Positions 1 through 11,112 of a stretch of 64,000 nt of DNA are shown one piece after another; position 1 is the first letter of the stretch, and the number at the start of each line of letters is the position of its first letter. The translations under genes and the position numbers were made by a program. The notes beneath the pieces were generated by a model, which saw nothing but the letters and a program-made list of their open reading frames with translations, was not told where the DNA came from and did not search any database. The DNA comes from Rhizobium sp. Q54 (GTDB taxonomy: Bacteria; Pseudomonadota; Alphaproteobacteria; UBA828), in the NCBI GenBank assembly GCA_945892755.1, contig CAMDDO010000004.1:3099-67098 (forward strand), in the 5' to 3' direction.

Positions 1-906
1 GGCGGTTTGCTTCGCTCCGCAAAGGCGGCGCCATTTTGGCGAAGGTGCGATAATCGCCGACCGCCGCGTCATTGAGCACGAAATGATGCGGCGCCGCCTC
101 GCACGATACGTTGAGCCCGCGCTTCTTGCCCTGGCGCACGGCGTCAATCGCGAGCGCGGTCGAAATGTGCGCGACGTGATAGCGCCCGCCGGTCAGCTCG
201 ACGAGGCGAATGTCGCGCTCGACCACGATCGCTTCCGAAACATCGGGAATGCCGGGCAGGCCGAGCCGGGTCGCGATTTCACCCTCCGCCATGCAGCCGC
301 AGCCGGTGAGCGAAAGATCCTCGGCATGTTGGCTCACCATCATGTCGAAGGCCCGCGCATAGCTCAGCGCGCGGCGCATCACGAGGCTATCGGCAACCGG
401 CATGCCATCGTCGGTGAAGGCAAGCGCGCCGGCTTCCGCCAACATGCCCATTTCCGTCATTTCCTTGCCGGCGAGCCCGCGCGTGATCGCGGCAAACGGG
501 TAGACCTTGACGAGGCTGGTTTCGCGCGCGCGGCGCTGCACGAACTCGACCAGCGCGACATCGTCGATCACCGGTTTGGTGTTGGGCATGCAGGCGAGCG
601 TGGTCACGCCGCCGACCGCCGCGCTGTAACTTCCGGTCGCGATAGTCTCCTTGTGCTCGTGGCCGGGTTCGCGCAAATGCACGTGCATGTCGATCAGGCC
701 GGGGCAAAGAATCTGCCCGCCGCAATCGACCGTCTCGACGCCTTCGGGCACGCCGTTGTTGAACAAGGCTGGGCCGAAATCGGCGATGATCTTGCCGTCC
801 GTCAGAAGCGCGCCCCTCGCGTCGAGCCGGCTCTCCGGGTCGATCAGCCGCGCATTGATGAAGGCGGTTCGGCCGGGTGGCGAGCGGTCTGGTTTGGGCG
901 TCGGCA
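1..906 (-). CDS. pyrC: dihydroorotase (3' end runs off window)
   Basis: Minus-strand translation from the ATG at 906-904 gives MPTPKPDRS...VDCGGQILCPGLIDMHVHLREPGHEHKETIATGS, the DHOase HxH metal motif. It lies directly downstream of pyrB. The + ORF 83..1012 is its shadow. Confidence 0.8.
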
Positions 907-917
907 TCGGGGGGGGC

Positions 918-1874
918 CTAGCGATTGTGATCGAGGGCGGGCAGGTTGCGCGCCAACACTTCAAGACAAGCCTGGCGCACCGCGACGCCTAGCTCGACCT
1001 GATCGAGAATGACGCTTCGCGTGATGTCATCGGCCACCACCGAATCGATTTCGACGCCCCGATTCATCGGCCCGGGATGCATGATCAGTGCGTCGGGCTT
1101 CGCGAGCGCGAGCTTCTCCTCGTCGAGCCCGTAGAAGTGGAAATATTCGCGCTGCGACGGCACGAAGGTGCCGGCCATGCGCTCCTGCTGGAGCCTGAGC
1201 ATCATGATGATATCAACCCCGGCGAGGCCTTTCCGCATATCGTGGAAGACCTCGACGCCAAAGGTCTCGACCGCGGTTGGCAATAGCGTTGGCGGCGCGA
1301 TCAGGCGCACGCGCGCGCCGAGCTTCTTGAGCAGCAGCATGTTCGAGCGCGCGACGCGGCTGTGCAGAATATCGCCGCAGATCGCGACCGTCAGACCAGC
1401 GATCGGTCCCCTGCGTCGGCGAATGGTGAGTGCGTCCAAGAGCGCCTGGGTCGGGTGCTCATGGCTGCCATCGCCGGCATTGATCACCGCGCAATTGACA
1501 TGACGCGCGAGCAGGTTGACCGCGCCCGCCTCGGGGTGGCGCACCGCAAGCACATCGGGATGCATGGCGTTCAACGTCATCGCGGTGTCGATCAGCGTCT
1601 CGCCCTTTTTGATCGCGCTCATCTGCACGGAGATGTTGATCGTGTCGGCGCCCAGCCGCTTGCCGGCAAGCTCGAACGAGGTGCGTGTGCGCGTCGAGGT
1701 CTCGAAAAACAAGAGGATCAGACTTCGCCCCTTGAGCACGTCCGACTTTTTGTGGGCATGGCGATTGAGCGCGACATAACCCTCAGCCAAATCGAGCATG
1801 TGTTCGATCTCGGCGGCGCTTAATTGTTCGATGCCCAAGAGATGTTGGTGGGCGAAGAGGGCGGCCGGCGGCAT
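918..1874 (-). CDS. pyrB: aspartate carbamoyltransferase catalytic subunit
   Basis: STRTR carbamoyl-phosphate binding motif, HPxQ, overall ATCase/OTCase fold. Operonic with pyrC. Confidence 0.9.
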   Translation of the reverse strand: MPPAALFAHQHLLGIEQLSAAEIEHMLDLAEGYVALNRHAHKKSDVLKGRSLILLFFETSTRTRTSFELAGKRLGADTINISVQMSAIKKGETLIDTAMTLNAMHPDVLAVRHPEAGAVNLLARHVNCAVINAGDGSHEHPTQALLDALTIRRRRGPIAGLTVAICGDILHSRVARSNMLLLKKLGARVRLIAPPTLLPTAVETFGVEVFHDMRKGLAGVDIIMMLRLQQERMAGTFVPSQREYFHFYGLDEEKLALAKPDALIMHPGPMNRGVEIDSVVADDITRSVILDQVELGVAVRQACLEVLARNLPALDHNR

Positions 1875-2031
1875 GGGCCAACCTTATCGCAGCCCCTTTA
1901 CGAGCCTGCAAGGGCGCGGCGCGGGGCGTGGCGGAAGCCCGCGAGTCGGCTCGACCGAGCAGGCGCGCGACGGCGCGACTCGGGGGCCGCCGGCCGCGCC
2001 GGTTTGCGCCCGGCGCTGGAAGCGGGCAAGG

Positions 2032-2988
2032 ATGCCGGTCATGACGATCGATCTCGAAGCGCCGGCCGTCGTGCGCGGCACGCTCCATGTTCATGCCTTG
2101 ATGGTGTTCGCTTCGTTCACCGTCGCGGGCTCGTTCGTGGCGAGCGCCGCAATCACGGATCGGCTCGACCCCGGCGTGCTCAATTTGATTCGCTTCACGA
2201 TCGCGGCCATCGCCATGGGCATAGTGGTCGGCTTCAAATACGGCATTCGCTGGCCCGGGTGGCGCTCATTGGGGCGTTACACAGTTCTGAGTTTCCCGCT
2301 GGTCGCGTTCTTTTGGTGCTTGTTCGTCGCCTTGCATACCACCACCGCGCTCAACACCAGCGCGATCCTGACCATCGTGCCGGGGATCGCCGCGCTCATC
2401 GCCGCGGTGCTGATAAAGGAGCGGCTCGGCTGGTCCAAGATCGCGGCGCTATTGATCGGCTTGGTTGGCGCGCTCTGGGTGATCTTCCGCGGCGATCCGG
2501 AGCGCCTCCTGTCGTTTTCCATCACGATCGGCGATGGCATCTACTTCGCCGGCTGCGTCGCCATGGCGTTCTACACGCCGCTCGGCCGTACACTGCATCG
2601 CGGCGAACCGGCGCCGGTTGTGACGTTCTGGGTGCTGGTCACGAGCCTGGTCTGGTTGCTGATCGCCTCGAATGTTCACCTGGCCGAAACCGATTGGGGC
2701 AGCATCTCGCTATCGACCTGGGGCGGCATCGTCTATCTCGCGCTTCTGCCGACCGTGGTGACGTTCTTTGCCTATCAATATGCCACGCTCCGCATCGGGC
2801 CGACCCGCGTGACCGCCTATTACTACATCAACCCAACCCTCGTTGTGCTGCTCGAGGCCGCGCTAGGCCGCGGCTTCCCCTCGGTCATGACGATTCCGGG
2901 GGTCGTCATCGTGATCGCGGCGAGTTTCGTGATCGAACGCGGTGCGGCGACTCCGGCGGCGAGCCTGAATTCGAGACCGGTGACATAG
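2032..2988 (+). CDS. DMT/EamA-family transporter (10 TM)
   Basis: Two EamA-like hydrophobic repeats. The ATG at 2032 is in frame with ORF 1798..2988. Confidence 0.75.
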   Translation: MPVMTIDLEAPAVVRGTLHVHALMVFASFTVAGSFVASAAITDRLDPGVLNLIRFTIAAIAMGIVVGFKYGIRWPGWRSLGRYTVLSFPLVAFFWCLFVALHTTTALNTSAILTIVPGIAALIAAVLIKERLGWSKIAALLIGLVGALWVIFRGDPERLLSFSITIGDGIYFAGCVAMAFYTPLGRTLHRGEPAPVVTFWVLVTSLVWLLIASNVHLAETDWGSISLSTWGGIVYLALLPTVVTFFAYQYATLRIGPTRVTAYYYINPTLVVLLEAALGRGFPSVMTIPGVVIVIAASFVIERGAATPAASLNSRPVT

Positions 2989-3052
2989 GGGTGCAAGCGC
3001 CACCGTCGAGCCCTTTGCGCTCGCGCACGGTTGCAGGCAAGCTGACAAATCA

Positions 3053-4021
3053 ATGTCCTCAATACCGCCCCTTGCGTCTCTCGATGTCCCGCCGGCGCCC
3101 GCTTCACAAAGCACCGCGCATTGGATCGCCTTCGCCGCGATGGTCGTGATCGCCACGACCTTTCCGGTTGGCGACATGATCACCGATGAGATCGACCCCT
3201 TCGTGCTTCAGGCGCTTCGCTTCGTCATCGCGACGGCGATCTTCGCGCCGATCGTAGCGTGGAAGAACGGCCTGCTCTGGCCGGGCCTTTCGGGGCTCGC
3301 GCGCTTCGGTGCGATCGCCTTCTGCATGGATGTGTTCTTCTGGACCATGTATGAGGGCCTGCGCACGACCGACAGTTTGAACACCGGCGTGATCTCGACC
3401 ACCATTCCGGGCTTCACCGCGCTGTTCTCGGCCGTTCTACTGCGCGAGCGGCTTGGCCGAAATCGGCTCTTCGCGCTCGCCCTCGGCATGGTCGGCTCGG
3501 CCTGGGTGATTTTTCGCGGCTCGCCCGAACGGATGCTCGCGCTCGAGTTGCATTACGGCGATGTGTTGTTTCTGGTCGGCTGCGTCGCCATGGGGCTCTA
3601 TGCCACGCTGGTGCGCTTTCTGCATCGGGGCGAGCCGGTCATGCGCATGAGTTTCTGGATCATGGCGATGGCGGGGATTTGGTTTTTGCTCGCCGCCAAT
3701 GTGAAGCTTTGGACCACCGATTATGGCGCCCTTGGAACGGGGGTTTGGGGCGGCATGCTTTGGCTCGCCATCGGCCCGACCGTGATCACCTTCTTCATGA
3801 TCCAATCCTCGACCATCACGATCGGCGCGACGCGGGTGCAGGCCTATTCCTATTTCATTCCCGTCTTCGTGATCTTGATCGACTGGGCCTTGGGGCGCGG
3901 CCTGCCGCCGCTCATGACACTGCCCGGCGTCGCGATCGTGTTGCTCGCGAGCGTCGTGGTGCAGCGCGGCGTGATCGGCCTCGCGCCCGGGTATGGCAGC
4001 CGTGCAAGGCAAGTCGAATGA
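3053..4021 (+). CDS. DMT/EamA-family transporter, tandem paralog of the preceding gene
   Basis: Colinear similarity to 2032..2988 (GDxxxxEIDPxVL..RF, FRGxPERxL, LHRGEP, GPTRV motifs). Confidence 0.75.
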   Translation: MSSIPPLASLDVPPAPASQSTAHWIAFAAMVVIATTFPVGDMITDEIDPFVLQALRFVIATAIFAPIVAWKNGLLWPGLSGLARFGAIAFCMDVFFWTMYEGLRTTDSLNTGVISTTIPGFTALFSAVLLRERLGRNRLFALALGMVGSAWVIFRGSPERMLALELHYGDVLFLVGCVAMGLYATLVRFLHRGEPVMRMSFWIMAMAGIWFLLAANVKLWTTDYGALGTGVWGGMLWLAIGPTVITFFMIQSSTITIGATRVQAYSYFIPVFVILIDWALGRGLPPLMTLPGVAIVLLASVVVQRGVIGLAPGYGSRARQVE

Positions 4022-5190
4022 CTGAATTCGGTCAGGCGCGTCGCGCCGATTTCGGCTTCGAGGAACGCCTCGTATTTCTGAACCACGGCTCGTTCGGCGC
4101 GACGCCGAACATCGTATTGGCGGCGCAAGCCGAGTGGCGCGCGCGGCTCGAGCGCAACCCGCCGCAATTCATGCGCGGTGTGTTGCCCAAGGCGCTCGAT
4201 GACTCACGCGCGGCGCTCGCGGCCTATGTTGGTGCGCGGACTGAGGACATCGGCTTCGTCGACAACGCGACCGCCGGCTGCAACGCGGTCTTGCGCTCGC
4301 TCGCGCTCGAGCCGGGCGATGAGGTGCTCTCGACCAGCCATGTCTATAACGCGGTCAGGAACGCGATTCGTTATGTCTGCCGCCGCGCGGGCGCGCGCTA
4401 TGTCGAGGCCGCGCTCGCGTTCGATCGACCGCGTGTCGACGATGTGGTGGCGGCGTTGACCGAGCGCATGGGCGCCAAGACGCGCCTCGTGGTGGTCGAT
4501 CACATCGCTTCCGATTCGGCGCTGATCTTTCCGCTCGCGCGGATTGCCTCGCTTTGCCGCGAGCGCGGCGTCAGGCTTTTGATCGACGGCGCGCATGGGC
4601 CCGGCCATGTGCCGCTCGCGCTCGACGACCTGGGCGCCGATTATTATGCCGGCAATTGCCATAAATGGCTTTGCGCGCCGAAGGGCGCGGCGTTCCTCTG
4701 GGTGCGGCGCGACCGCCAGATCGGCGTGCACCCGCCGATCGTCTCGCATTTCATGGATCAGGGCTTCGCCCCCGAATTCGGCTGGCAGGGCACGCGCGAC
4801 CCGACCGCCTGGCTCTGTGTGAAAGACGTGCTCGACTGGCGCGCGGGTCTCGGCGAGGCGGCGCTGCGTGATTATTGCGGCGCGCTATTGGGCCGTGCCG
4901 TTGGCACGCTGGAAGCCGCGTGGAACGTCGGCGCGCTGACGCCGAAGGACGCGCGCGCCTTCATGGCGTCGCTGCCCGTGCCGGGCGCTCCACCCGCCAG
5001 CCATGCGTTGGCCGAGAAATTACGCACCGCGCTGCTCGACCATGATCATCTGGAAACGCAAATCAAGGCGGTCGATGGCGTGCTGTTCATCCGCATCACC
5101 GCGTTCGTCTACAATTCGGACGAGGACTATGCGCGCCTCGCCAAGGCGCTGCCCAAGCGGCTGCGTGACATCGGCTCAGACCCGGCCTAG
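4018..5190 (+). CDS. class-V-fold PLP-dependent aminotransferase (isopenicillin-N-epimerase/cysteine-desulfurase-like)
   Basis: NCHKW PLP-lysine motif, fold-type I layout. The ATG at 4018 overlaps the stop of the upstream gene. Confidence 0.7.
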   Translation: MTEFGQARRADFGFEERLVFLNHGSFGATPNIVLAAQAEWRARLERNPPQFMRGVLPKALDDSRAALAAYVGARTEDIGFVDNATAGCNAVLRSLALEPGDEVLSTSHVYNAVRNAIRYVCRRAGARYVEAALAFDRPRVDDVVAALTERMGAKTRLVVVDHIASDSALIFPLARIASLCRERGVRLLIDGAHGPGHVPLALDDLGADYYAGNCHKWLCAPKGAAFLWVRRDRQIGVHPPIVSHFMDQGFAPEFGWQGTRDPTAWLCVKDVLDWRAGLGEAALRDYCGALLGRAVGTLEAAWNVGALTPKDARAFMASLPVPGAPPASHALAEKLRTALLDHDHLETQIKAVDGVLFIRITAFVYNSDEDYARLAKALPKRLRDIGSDPA

Positions 5191-5640
5191 CGCATCGAGC
5201 GCGCCTTGCAAAATGTAGACCGCCGCGAGCTTGTCGACCACTTCGGCGCGGCGCTTGCGCGATAAATCGGCCTCCAACATGGTGCGCGTCACCGCCATGG
5301 TCGAGAGCCGCTCGTCCCAAAAGACGATCGGCAGGTCGATCGCTTTGCCAAGGTCGGTCGCGAACTGACGCACCGATTGGCAGCGCGGCCCCTCGGAGCC
5401 GTCCATGTTGAGCGGCAGGCCGATCACGAGGCCGCCGACGCCATCATCGCTCACCAAGCGCGCCAGCGTGCCGAGGTCCTTTTTTAGCTTTGTCCGCGCG
5501 ATGGTCTGGCGCCCGCTCGCCACCACGCGCCGTTCGTCGGAAATCGCGATGCCGATGGTCTTGCTGCCGACATCGAGCCCAAGCAGACGGGCCTTTGGCC
5601 CGAGCGCGGCGGCGAAGTCCTGTATGTTGCGGAGCAGCAT
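5176..5640 (-). CDS. ruvX: Holliday-junction resolvase-like YqgF/RuvX
   Basis: [15 protein letters not shown] and [14 protein letters not shown] motifs. An internal Met at 5640 gives the typical ~154 aa length; the longest ORF extends to 5679. Confidence 0.8.
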   Translation of the reverse strand: MLLRNIQDFAAALGPKARLLGLDVGSKTIGIAISDERRVVASGRQTIARTKLKKDLGTLARLVSDDGVGGLVIGLPLNMDGSEGPRCQSVRQFATDLGKAIDLPIVFWDERLSTMAVTRTMLEADLSRKRRAEVVDKLAAVYILQGALDALGRV

Positions 5641-5746
5641 GACGGGTGTTAGCTTCGCGTCCTTCGCGCCGGTCGGCAAGGCAATCCAACCATTTGGTCG
5701 TCATGCCCCGGCGAATCAGGCGGCTTCATCGGTTGGGAACGACAGC

Positions 5747-6034
5747 ATGGCGATCGATCGGGCGACGGTGCTCAAGATCGCGCGTTTGGCGCGCATCGAG
5801 GTCAGGCCCGAGGAGTGCGACCATTTGGCGAAGGAAATCTCCGGTATCCTCGCCTGGGTCGAGCAGCTTGGCGAGGTCGATACCCGCAACGTCGAGCCGA
5901 TGACCAGCGTGGTGGCGATGGAATTGCCGCGCCGCGCCGACGAGGTGACCGACGGCAATATCAGGGACGCGATCTTGGCCAATGCGCCCGAGGTTGAAGG
6001 CGGATTTTTCGTGGTGCCCAAGGTGGTCGAATAG
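5747..6034 (+). CDS. gatC: Asp/Glu-tRNA amidotransferase subunit C
   Basis: 95-aa protein with the ARLARI..EE..L..IL.WV..L motif, immediately upstream of gatA. Confidence 0.85.
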   Translation: MAIDRATVLKIARLARIEVRPEECDHLAKEISGILAWVEQLGEVDTRNVEPMTSVVAMELPRRADEVTDGNIRDAILANAPEVEGGFFVVPKVVE

Positions 6035-7518
6035 TGGCCAAGCTCACCGATCTGACATTGAAGGCCGCGCGCGAGGGGCTTGCCGCGCGGAACTTCTCCG
6101 CGCGCGAACTCGCGGAGGCGCACATCAAGGCGTGCGAGGCGGCGCGGCCCTTGAACGCCTATATGGCCGAGACCTTCGATCAAGCGCGCGCCATGGCCGA
6201 TGGCTCCGATCGGCGGCTCAAGGCGGGCGAGGGCGGGCTGCTCGAAGGCATTCCGCTCGCGATCAAGGATTTGTTCTGCACCAAGGGCGTGCTCTCGACC
6301 TCAAGCTCGAAAATCCTGAAAGGCTTCAAGCCGCCCTATGAATCGACGGTCACCGCGAAATTGTGGCAGGCCGGCGCGGTGATGGTCGGCAAGACCGGCA
6401 TGGATGAATTCGCCATGGGCTCGTCCAACATGACGAGCTGCTATGGCGCGGTGACCAATCCCTGGCGCCGCAAGGGCGATAACAAGCCCTTGGTGCCGGG
6501 CGGCTCGTCGGGCGGCTCGGCCGCCGCGGTCGCGGCGCGCACCTGCCTCGGCGCGACCGGCACCGATACCGGCGGCTCGATCCGCCAACCGGCGGCGTTT
6601 TGCGGTTTGGTTGGGTTGAAGCCGACCTATGGCCGCTGTTCGCGCTGGGGCATCATCGCCTTCGCCTCCTCGCTCGATCAGGCCGGGCCGCTCGCGCGCG
6701 ATGTCCACGATACCGCGCTCCTGATGCGCGCCATGGCGGGCTATGATCCGAAGGATTCAACCTCGGTCGATCGTCCCGTGCCCGATTACGCCGCGGCCCT
6801 GAACGGCAGGGTGAAGGGCTTGCGCATCGGCGTGCCCAAGGAATATCGCGTCGATGGCATGCCGGCTGAGATCGAGGCGCTCTGGCAAAAGGGCATTGAA
6901 TGGTTCAAGGCGGCGGGCGCCGAGATCGTCGACATTACCTTGCCGCACACCAAATACGCGCTGCCGACCTATTACGTCATCGCGCCGGCCGAATGTTCGT
7001 CGAACCTCGCGCGCTATGATGGCGTGCGCTACGGCCTGCGCGAGAAGGGCGCTGATTTGGCCGAGCTCTATAGCAAGACGCGCGCCGCCGGCTTCGGCCC
7101 CGAAGTGCGCCGGCGTATTCTGATCGGCACCTATGTGCTCTCGGCCGGCTATTACGACGCTTATTATCTGAAGGCCCAGCAGGTACGCACGCGCATCGCC
7201 GACGATTTTCGCACCGGCTTCGAGCGCGTCGATCTGGTCTTGACGCCGACCGCGCCGTCGCCGGCCTTCGGGATCGGCGAGATGATGGACGATCCGGTCG
7301 CGATGTATTTGAACGATGTCTTCACCGTGCCGGCCTCGCTCGCCGGTCTGCCCGCGATCTCGGTGCCGGCGGGCCTGAGCGCGGACGGTCTGCCGCTCGG
7401 TCTGCAATTGATCGGCCGGCCGTTCGACGAGGAAACCGTGCTGCGTGCCGCCGGCTTCATGGAAGAGGCCGCCGCGTTCAAAGCGGAGCCCGCCTGGCTC
7501 GGCGAGGGCCGCGCATGA
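6034..7518 (+). CDS. gatA: Asp/Glu-tRNA amidotransferase subunit A (amidase)
   Basis: Amidase signature [27 protein letters not shown] start overlaps the gatC stop. Confidence 0.95.
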   Translation: MAKLTDLTLKAAREGLAARNFSARELAEAHIKACEAARPLNAYMAETFDQARAMADGSDRRLKAGEGGLLEGIPLAIKDLFCTKGVLSTSSSKILKGFKPPYESTVTAKLWQAGAVMVGKTGMDEFAMGSSNMTSCYGAVTNPWRRKGDNKPLVPGGSSGGSAAAVAARTCLGATGTDTGGSIRQPAAFCGLVGLKPTYGRCSRWGIIAFASSLDQAGPLARDVHDTALLMRAMAGYDPKDSTSVDRPVPDYAAALNGRVKGLRIGVPKEYRVDGMPAEIEALWQKGIEWFKAAGAEIVDITLPHTKYALPTYYVIAPAECSSNLARYDGVRYGLREKGADLAELYSKTRAAGFGPEVRRRILIGTYVLSAGYYDAYYLKAQQVRTRIADDFRTGFERVDLVLTPTAPSPAFGIGEMMDDPVAMYLNDVFTVPASLAGLPAISVPAGLSADGLPLGLQLIGRPFDEETVLRAAGFMEEAAAFKAEPAWLGEGRA

Positions 7519-8969
7519 GCGCGATCGTCGAAGGCCGCACCGGGCCGTTCGAAATGGTCATCGGGCTTGAGGTGCATGCCCAGGTGATCTCGAAGGCGAA
7601 GCTGTTCTCCGGCGCCTCGACCGCGTTCGGCGCGGAGCCCAACACGCAGGTCTCGTTCATCGATGCCGGCATGCCGGGCATGCTGCCGGTGATCAACGGC
7701 CTATGCGTCGAACAGGCGGTCAAGACGGGTCTGGCGCTCAACGCCCAAATCAATTTGGTCTCGGTCTTCGATCGCAAGAATTATTTTTATCCCGACCTGC
7801 CGCTCGGCTATCAGATCTCGCAATTCACCAAACCGATCGTGGGCAAGGGCATCGTCACCATCGACCTGCCCGATGGCTCGACCAAGGATATCGGCATCAC
7901 GCGGCTTCACCTCGAAATGGATGCCGGCAAGAGCATTCACGACATTCGCCCCGATGCCACGCACGTCGATCTCAATCGCGCGGGCGTCGCGCTGATGGAA
8001 ATCGTCTCCGAGCCCGATATCCGCACGCCCGAGGAAGCCGGCGCCTATGTGAAAAAACTGCGCTCGCTGCTCCGTTATATCGATACGTGCGACGGCAATA
8101 TGGACGAAGGCTCGATGCGCTGCGATGTCAACGTCTCGGTGCGCCGGCCGGGCGAGGGCTTCGGCACGCGCTGCGAGATCAAGAACGTCAATTCGGTGCG
8201 TTTCGTCATGCGCGCGATCGAATATGAGGCAGCGCGTCAGGTCGGCATCATCGAGGCGGGCGGCACGATCGATCAGGAAACCCGCCTGTTCGATTCGCAG
8301 AAGGGCGAGACGCGCCCCATGCGCTCAAAGGAAGAGGCGCACGACTATCGCTATTTCCCCGATCCCGATCTCTTGCCGCTGAGACTCGATCCCGCCTGGG
8401 TGGCGCGCATCAAGGCGGCGTTGCCTGAGCTCCCCGATGCGCGGAAAGAGCGCTTCGTGCGCGATTTCGGGCTCTCGCCCTATGACGCGAGCGTGCTCGT
8501 CGCCGAGAAGGAGAACGCCGCTTTTTTCGAAACCGTCGCCAAGGGCCGCGATGGCAAGATGGCGGCCAATTGGGTGATGACGGAATTGTTCGGCGCGCTC
8601 AACAAGAAGGGGCTCGATGTCACGCGCTCGCCGGTCAAGGCCGAGGCGCTTGGCGGCCTGATCGACCGCATCAAGGACAACACGATCTCGGGCCGCATCG
8701 CCAAGGAGGTTTTCGAGATCATGGTCGAGACCGGGCGAGATGCCGATGCAATCATCGAAGAGAAGGGCCTGCGCCAGGTGACGGACACCGGCGCGATCGA
8801 GGCCGAGGTGGACAAGGTGATCGCCGCCAACGCCGACAAGGTCGCGCAAATCCGCGCCGGCAAGGAGGCGCTCAAAGGCTGGTTCGTCGGCCAGGTGATG
8901 AAGGCGACCCAAGGCAAGGCCAACCCCGCCGCGGTCAATCAGATTCTCGATAAAAAGCTGAAGGGCTGA
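7515..8969 (+). CDS. gatB: Asp/Glu-tRNA amidotransferase subunit B
   Basis: [22 protein letters not shown] and C-terminal GatB/YqeY domain. ATGA overlap with gatA. Confidence 0.95.
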   Translation: MSAIVEGRTGPFEMVIGLEVHAQVISKAKLFSGASTAFGAEPNTQVSFIDAGMPGMLPVINGLCVEQAVKTGLALNAQINLVSVFDRKNYFYPDLPLGYQISQFTKPIVGKGIVTIDLPDGSTKDIGITRLHLEMDAGKSIHDIRPDATHVDLNRAGVALMEIVSEPDIRTPEEAGAYVKKLRSLLRYIDTCDGNMDEGSMRCDVNVSVRRPGEGFGTRCEIKNVNSVRFVMRAIEYEAARQVGIIEAGGTIDQETRLFDSQKGETRPMRSKEEAHDYRYFPDPDLLPLRLDPAWVARIKAALPELPDARKERFVRDFGLSPYDASVLVAEKENAAFFETVAKGRDGKMAANWVMTELFGALNKKGLDVTRSPVKAEALGGLIDRIKDNTISGRIAKEVFEIMVETGRDADAIIEEKGLRQVTDTGAIEAEVDKVIAANADKVAQIRAGKEALKGWFVGQVMKATQGKANPAAVNQILDKKLKG

Positions 8970-9001
8970 ACCGCGCCTCCCGAGCGAGCCGGGCCTTGCC
9001 A

Positions 9002-9018
9002 GCGCGCGGCCCGCGCGC
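9002..9018 (+). terminator. GC-rich hairpin after gatB (7-bp stem GCGCGCG / CGCGCGC, 3-nt loop), no U-tract
   Basis: Inverted repeat read directly in the gatB-GST intergenic region. Confidence 0.3.
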
Positions 9019-9047
9019 CATCCTGCCCGCCTCCTTAAGGGCAAGCC

Positions 9048-9740
9048 ATGATCGATCTCTATTATTGGCCGACGCCGAATGGCTGGAAGATCTCGATCGC
9101 GCTGGAGGAGCTCGGCCTCGCCTATGAAGTGAAGCCGATCAACATCGCGAAGGGCGAGCAATTCGCGCCCGATTTTCTGAAGATCGCGCCCAACAACCGC
9201 ATCCCCGCGATCGTCGACCATGACGGCCCGCGCGGCGCGCCTTTCGCGCTGTTCGAATCGGGCGCGGTCCTCCTCTATCTCGGCGAGAAGGTCGGAAAAC
9301 TCATCGGCACCACGCCGCGTGCGCGCTATGAGGTGCTGGTCTGGCTGATGTGGCAGATGGGCGGCGTCGGCCCGATGTTCGGCCAAGCCAATCATTTTTC
9401 GCGCTATGCGCCGCAAAAAGTGCCCTATGCGATCGAACGCTATGAGAACGAGGCGCGCCGTCTGACCGGCGTGCTCGATAAACGTCTCGCCGGGCGCGAT
9501 TTTGTCGCGGGCGATTATTCGGTGGCCGATATCGCGATCTTCGGCTGGATGCGGGATTATGCCAGCGGCCGTTCCTTGGCCGATTTCGCCAATGCGCGGC
9601 GCTGGTTCGATGCGCTTTCGGCGCGCCCGGCGGTGCAGCGCGGCGTGGCGCTTGGCGCCGAGCTCCGCGTCGCGCCCGCTCAACTCGATCAGGCGGCGCG
9701 CGACACGCTATTCGGCAAGCGTCAATTGGAACGTCGATAG
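9048..9740 (+). CDS. glutathione S-transferase (Nu-class, YfcG/YghU-like)
   Basis: N-terminal thioredoxin-like fold YxxPTPNGxKISI, NNRIPAI, ESGAILxYL motifs. Confidence 0.85.
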   Translation: MIDLYYWPTPNGWKISIALEELGLAYEVKPINIAKGEQFAPDFLKIAPNNRIPAIVDHDGPRGAPFALFESGAVLLYLGEKVGKLIGTTPRARYEVLVWLMWQMGGVGPMFGQANHFSRYAPQKVPYAIERYENEARRLTGVLDKRLAGRDFVAGDYSVADIAIFGWMRDYASGRSLADFANARRWFDALSARPAVQRGVALGAELRVAPAQLDQAARDTLFGKRQLERR

Positions 9741-9774
9741 AAATTTCGATCTCATAAACAAAGGGAGGTCTCTC

Positions 9775-10482
9775 ATGGCCAAGCAAGCGAAGAAGAGAAA
9801 CGTCGCCGCCAAATCGAAGACCAAGGCGAAGGCAAAAACCAAATCGAAGGCGCAAGCGAAGCAGCCGAAGGTTCACCTCTATGGCGTCTGGCTGTCGCAG
9901 CCGACCCAGCGCGTCGCGCTCATGCTCAATATGGCGAAGGTGCCGCACGCCTATCACCATGTCGATCTGTTCCAGGGCGAGCACAAGAAGCCTGACTATT
10001 TGAAGATCAACCGGTTCGGCCAGGTGCCGGCGCTGGTCTGCAAGGGCGAGGCGATGTGCCAATCGAACCGCATTCTGGAATTCCTCGCGGCGAGCACCGG
10101 CAAGTTCGACGGCGGTTCTCCCAAGGACAAGCGGGCGGTGCGCGAATGGTTGAATTGGTGCGACGATCGGCTGGTCAACGTCAATCGCGCACGGGCGCAA
10201 ATTCGTTTCCAGAAGGGTGGACCCGAAATCGTGGCGTTCTGCCAGGCCAATGCCAGGGCGGCGCTCGATGTGCTGGAGGCGCATATGAAGGGCCGCAAAT
10301 TCATCGTCGGCGCCAAGCCCACCATCGCCGATATCGCGGCCTATGCGCAGATCGCGCTGTTGGATGAGGCGCAGCTCGATATCAAGACCTGGCCGAGCAT
10401 CGCGGAATGGTGCGCGCGCGTGGCGAAACTGCCCGGCTCAAGCCATCCCTATGAGGCGCTGCCGAAGGAATCGCGCGCGTGA
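9775..10482 (+). CDS. glutathione S-transferase with 30-aa Lys/Ala-rich N-terminal tail
   Basis: MAKQAKKRNVAAKSKTKAKAKTKSKAQAKQPK tail, then a GST fold (VPALV, ES..IL.FL). AAAGGGAGG RBS precedes the ATG at 9775. Confidence 0.8.
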   Translation: MAKQAKKRNVAAKSKTKAKAKTKSKAQAKQPKVHLYGVWLSQPTQRVALMLNMAKVPHAYHHVDLFQGEHKKPDYLKINRFGQVPALVCKGEAMCQSNRILEFLAASTGKFDGGSPKDKRAVREWLNWCDDRLVNVNRARAQIRFQKGGPEIVAFCQANARAALDVLEAHMKGRKFIVGAKPTIADIAAYAQIALLDEAQLDIKTWPSIAEWCARVAKLPGSSHPYEALPKESRA

Positions 10483-11099
10483 TCGAGCTTTACACCTGGG
10501 GCACGCCGAATGGCCGCAAGGTCTCCATCATGTTGGAGGAGACCGGGCTGGAATATGGCGTGCACAGCGTGAATATCGGAACCGGCGAGCAGCACAGGCC
10601 TGATTTTCTGGCGCTCAGCCCGAACAATCGTATCCCCGCGATCGTCGATCCCGAAGGGCCGGATGGCGCGCCGATCAGTCTCTTTGAATCGGGCGCCATC
10701 CTGGTCTATCTCGCCAACAAGACCGGCAAGTTCTTGCCCGGCGATCCAGTGCGCCATTATGACGTCATGCAATGGCTGATGTTCCAGATGGGCAATGTCG
10801 GGCCGATGTTCGGCCAGCTCCATCATTTCAAGCGCAACGCGCCCGAGCCTTTGCCCTATCCGCTTGAGCGCTATACGCGCGAGGCGAAGCGGCTCTATGG
10901 CGTGATGAACCAGCGTCTGTCCGAGAGCGCCTATCTTGCTGGCGCTGATTACAGCATCGCCGATATCGCGACCTACCCCTGGGTCGCGCGTCATGATTGG
11001 CAGGAGATCGAGCTCAAGGACTATCCGGCCGTCAAGCGCTGGTACGATGAGATCGGCGCGCGACCCGCAGTGCAGCGGGGCTACAAGGTGCCGGCCTAA
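10479..11099 (+). CDS. glutathione S-transferase (Nu-class), paralog of 9048..9740
   Basis: Near-colinear with the first GST (TPNGRKVSI, NNRIPAIVD, ESGAILVYL, MFGQ). GTG start overlaps the upstream stop. Confidence 0.85.
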   Translation: MIELYTWGTPNGRKVSIMLEETGLEYGVHSVNIGTGEQHRPDFLALSPNNRIPAIVDPEGPDGAPISLFESGAILVYLANKTGKFLPGDPVRHYDVMQWLMFQMGNVGPMFGQLHHFKRNAPEPLPYPLERYTREAKRLYGVMNQRLSESAYLAGADYSIADIATYPWVARHDWQEIELKDYPAVKRWYDEIGARPAVQRGYKVPA

Positions 11100-11112
11100 C
11101 GCGAGGAGGACC

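Noticed and set aside
83-1012. 309-aa + strand ORF covering the first kilobase
   Set aside because: Arg/Ala/Gly-rich nonsense typical of a high-GC shadow frame. The opposite strand encodes a clean dihydroorotase with the DMHVHLREPG motif continuing from pyrB.
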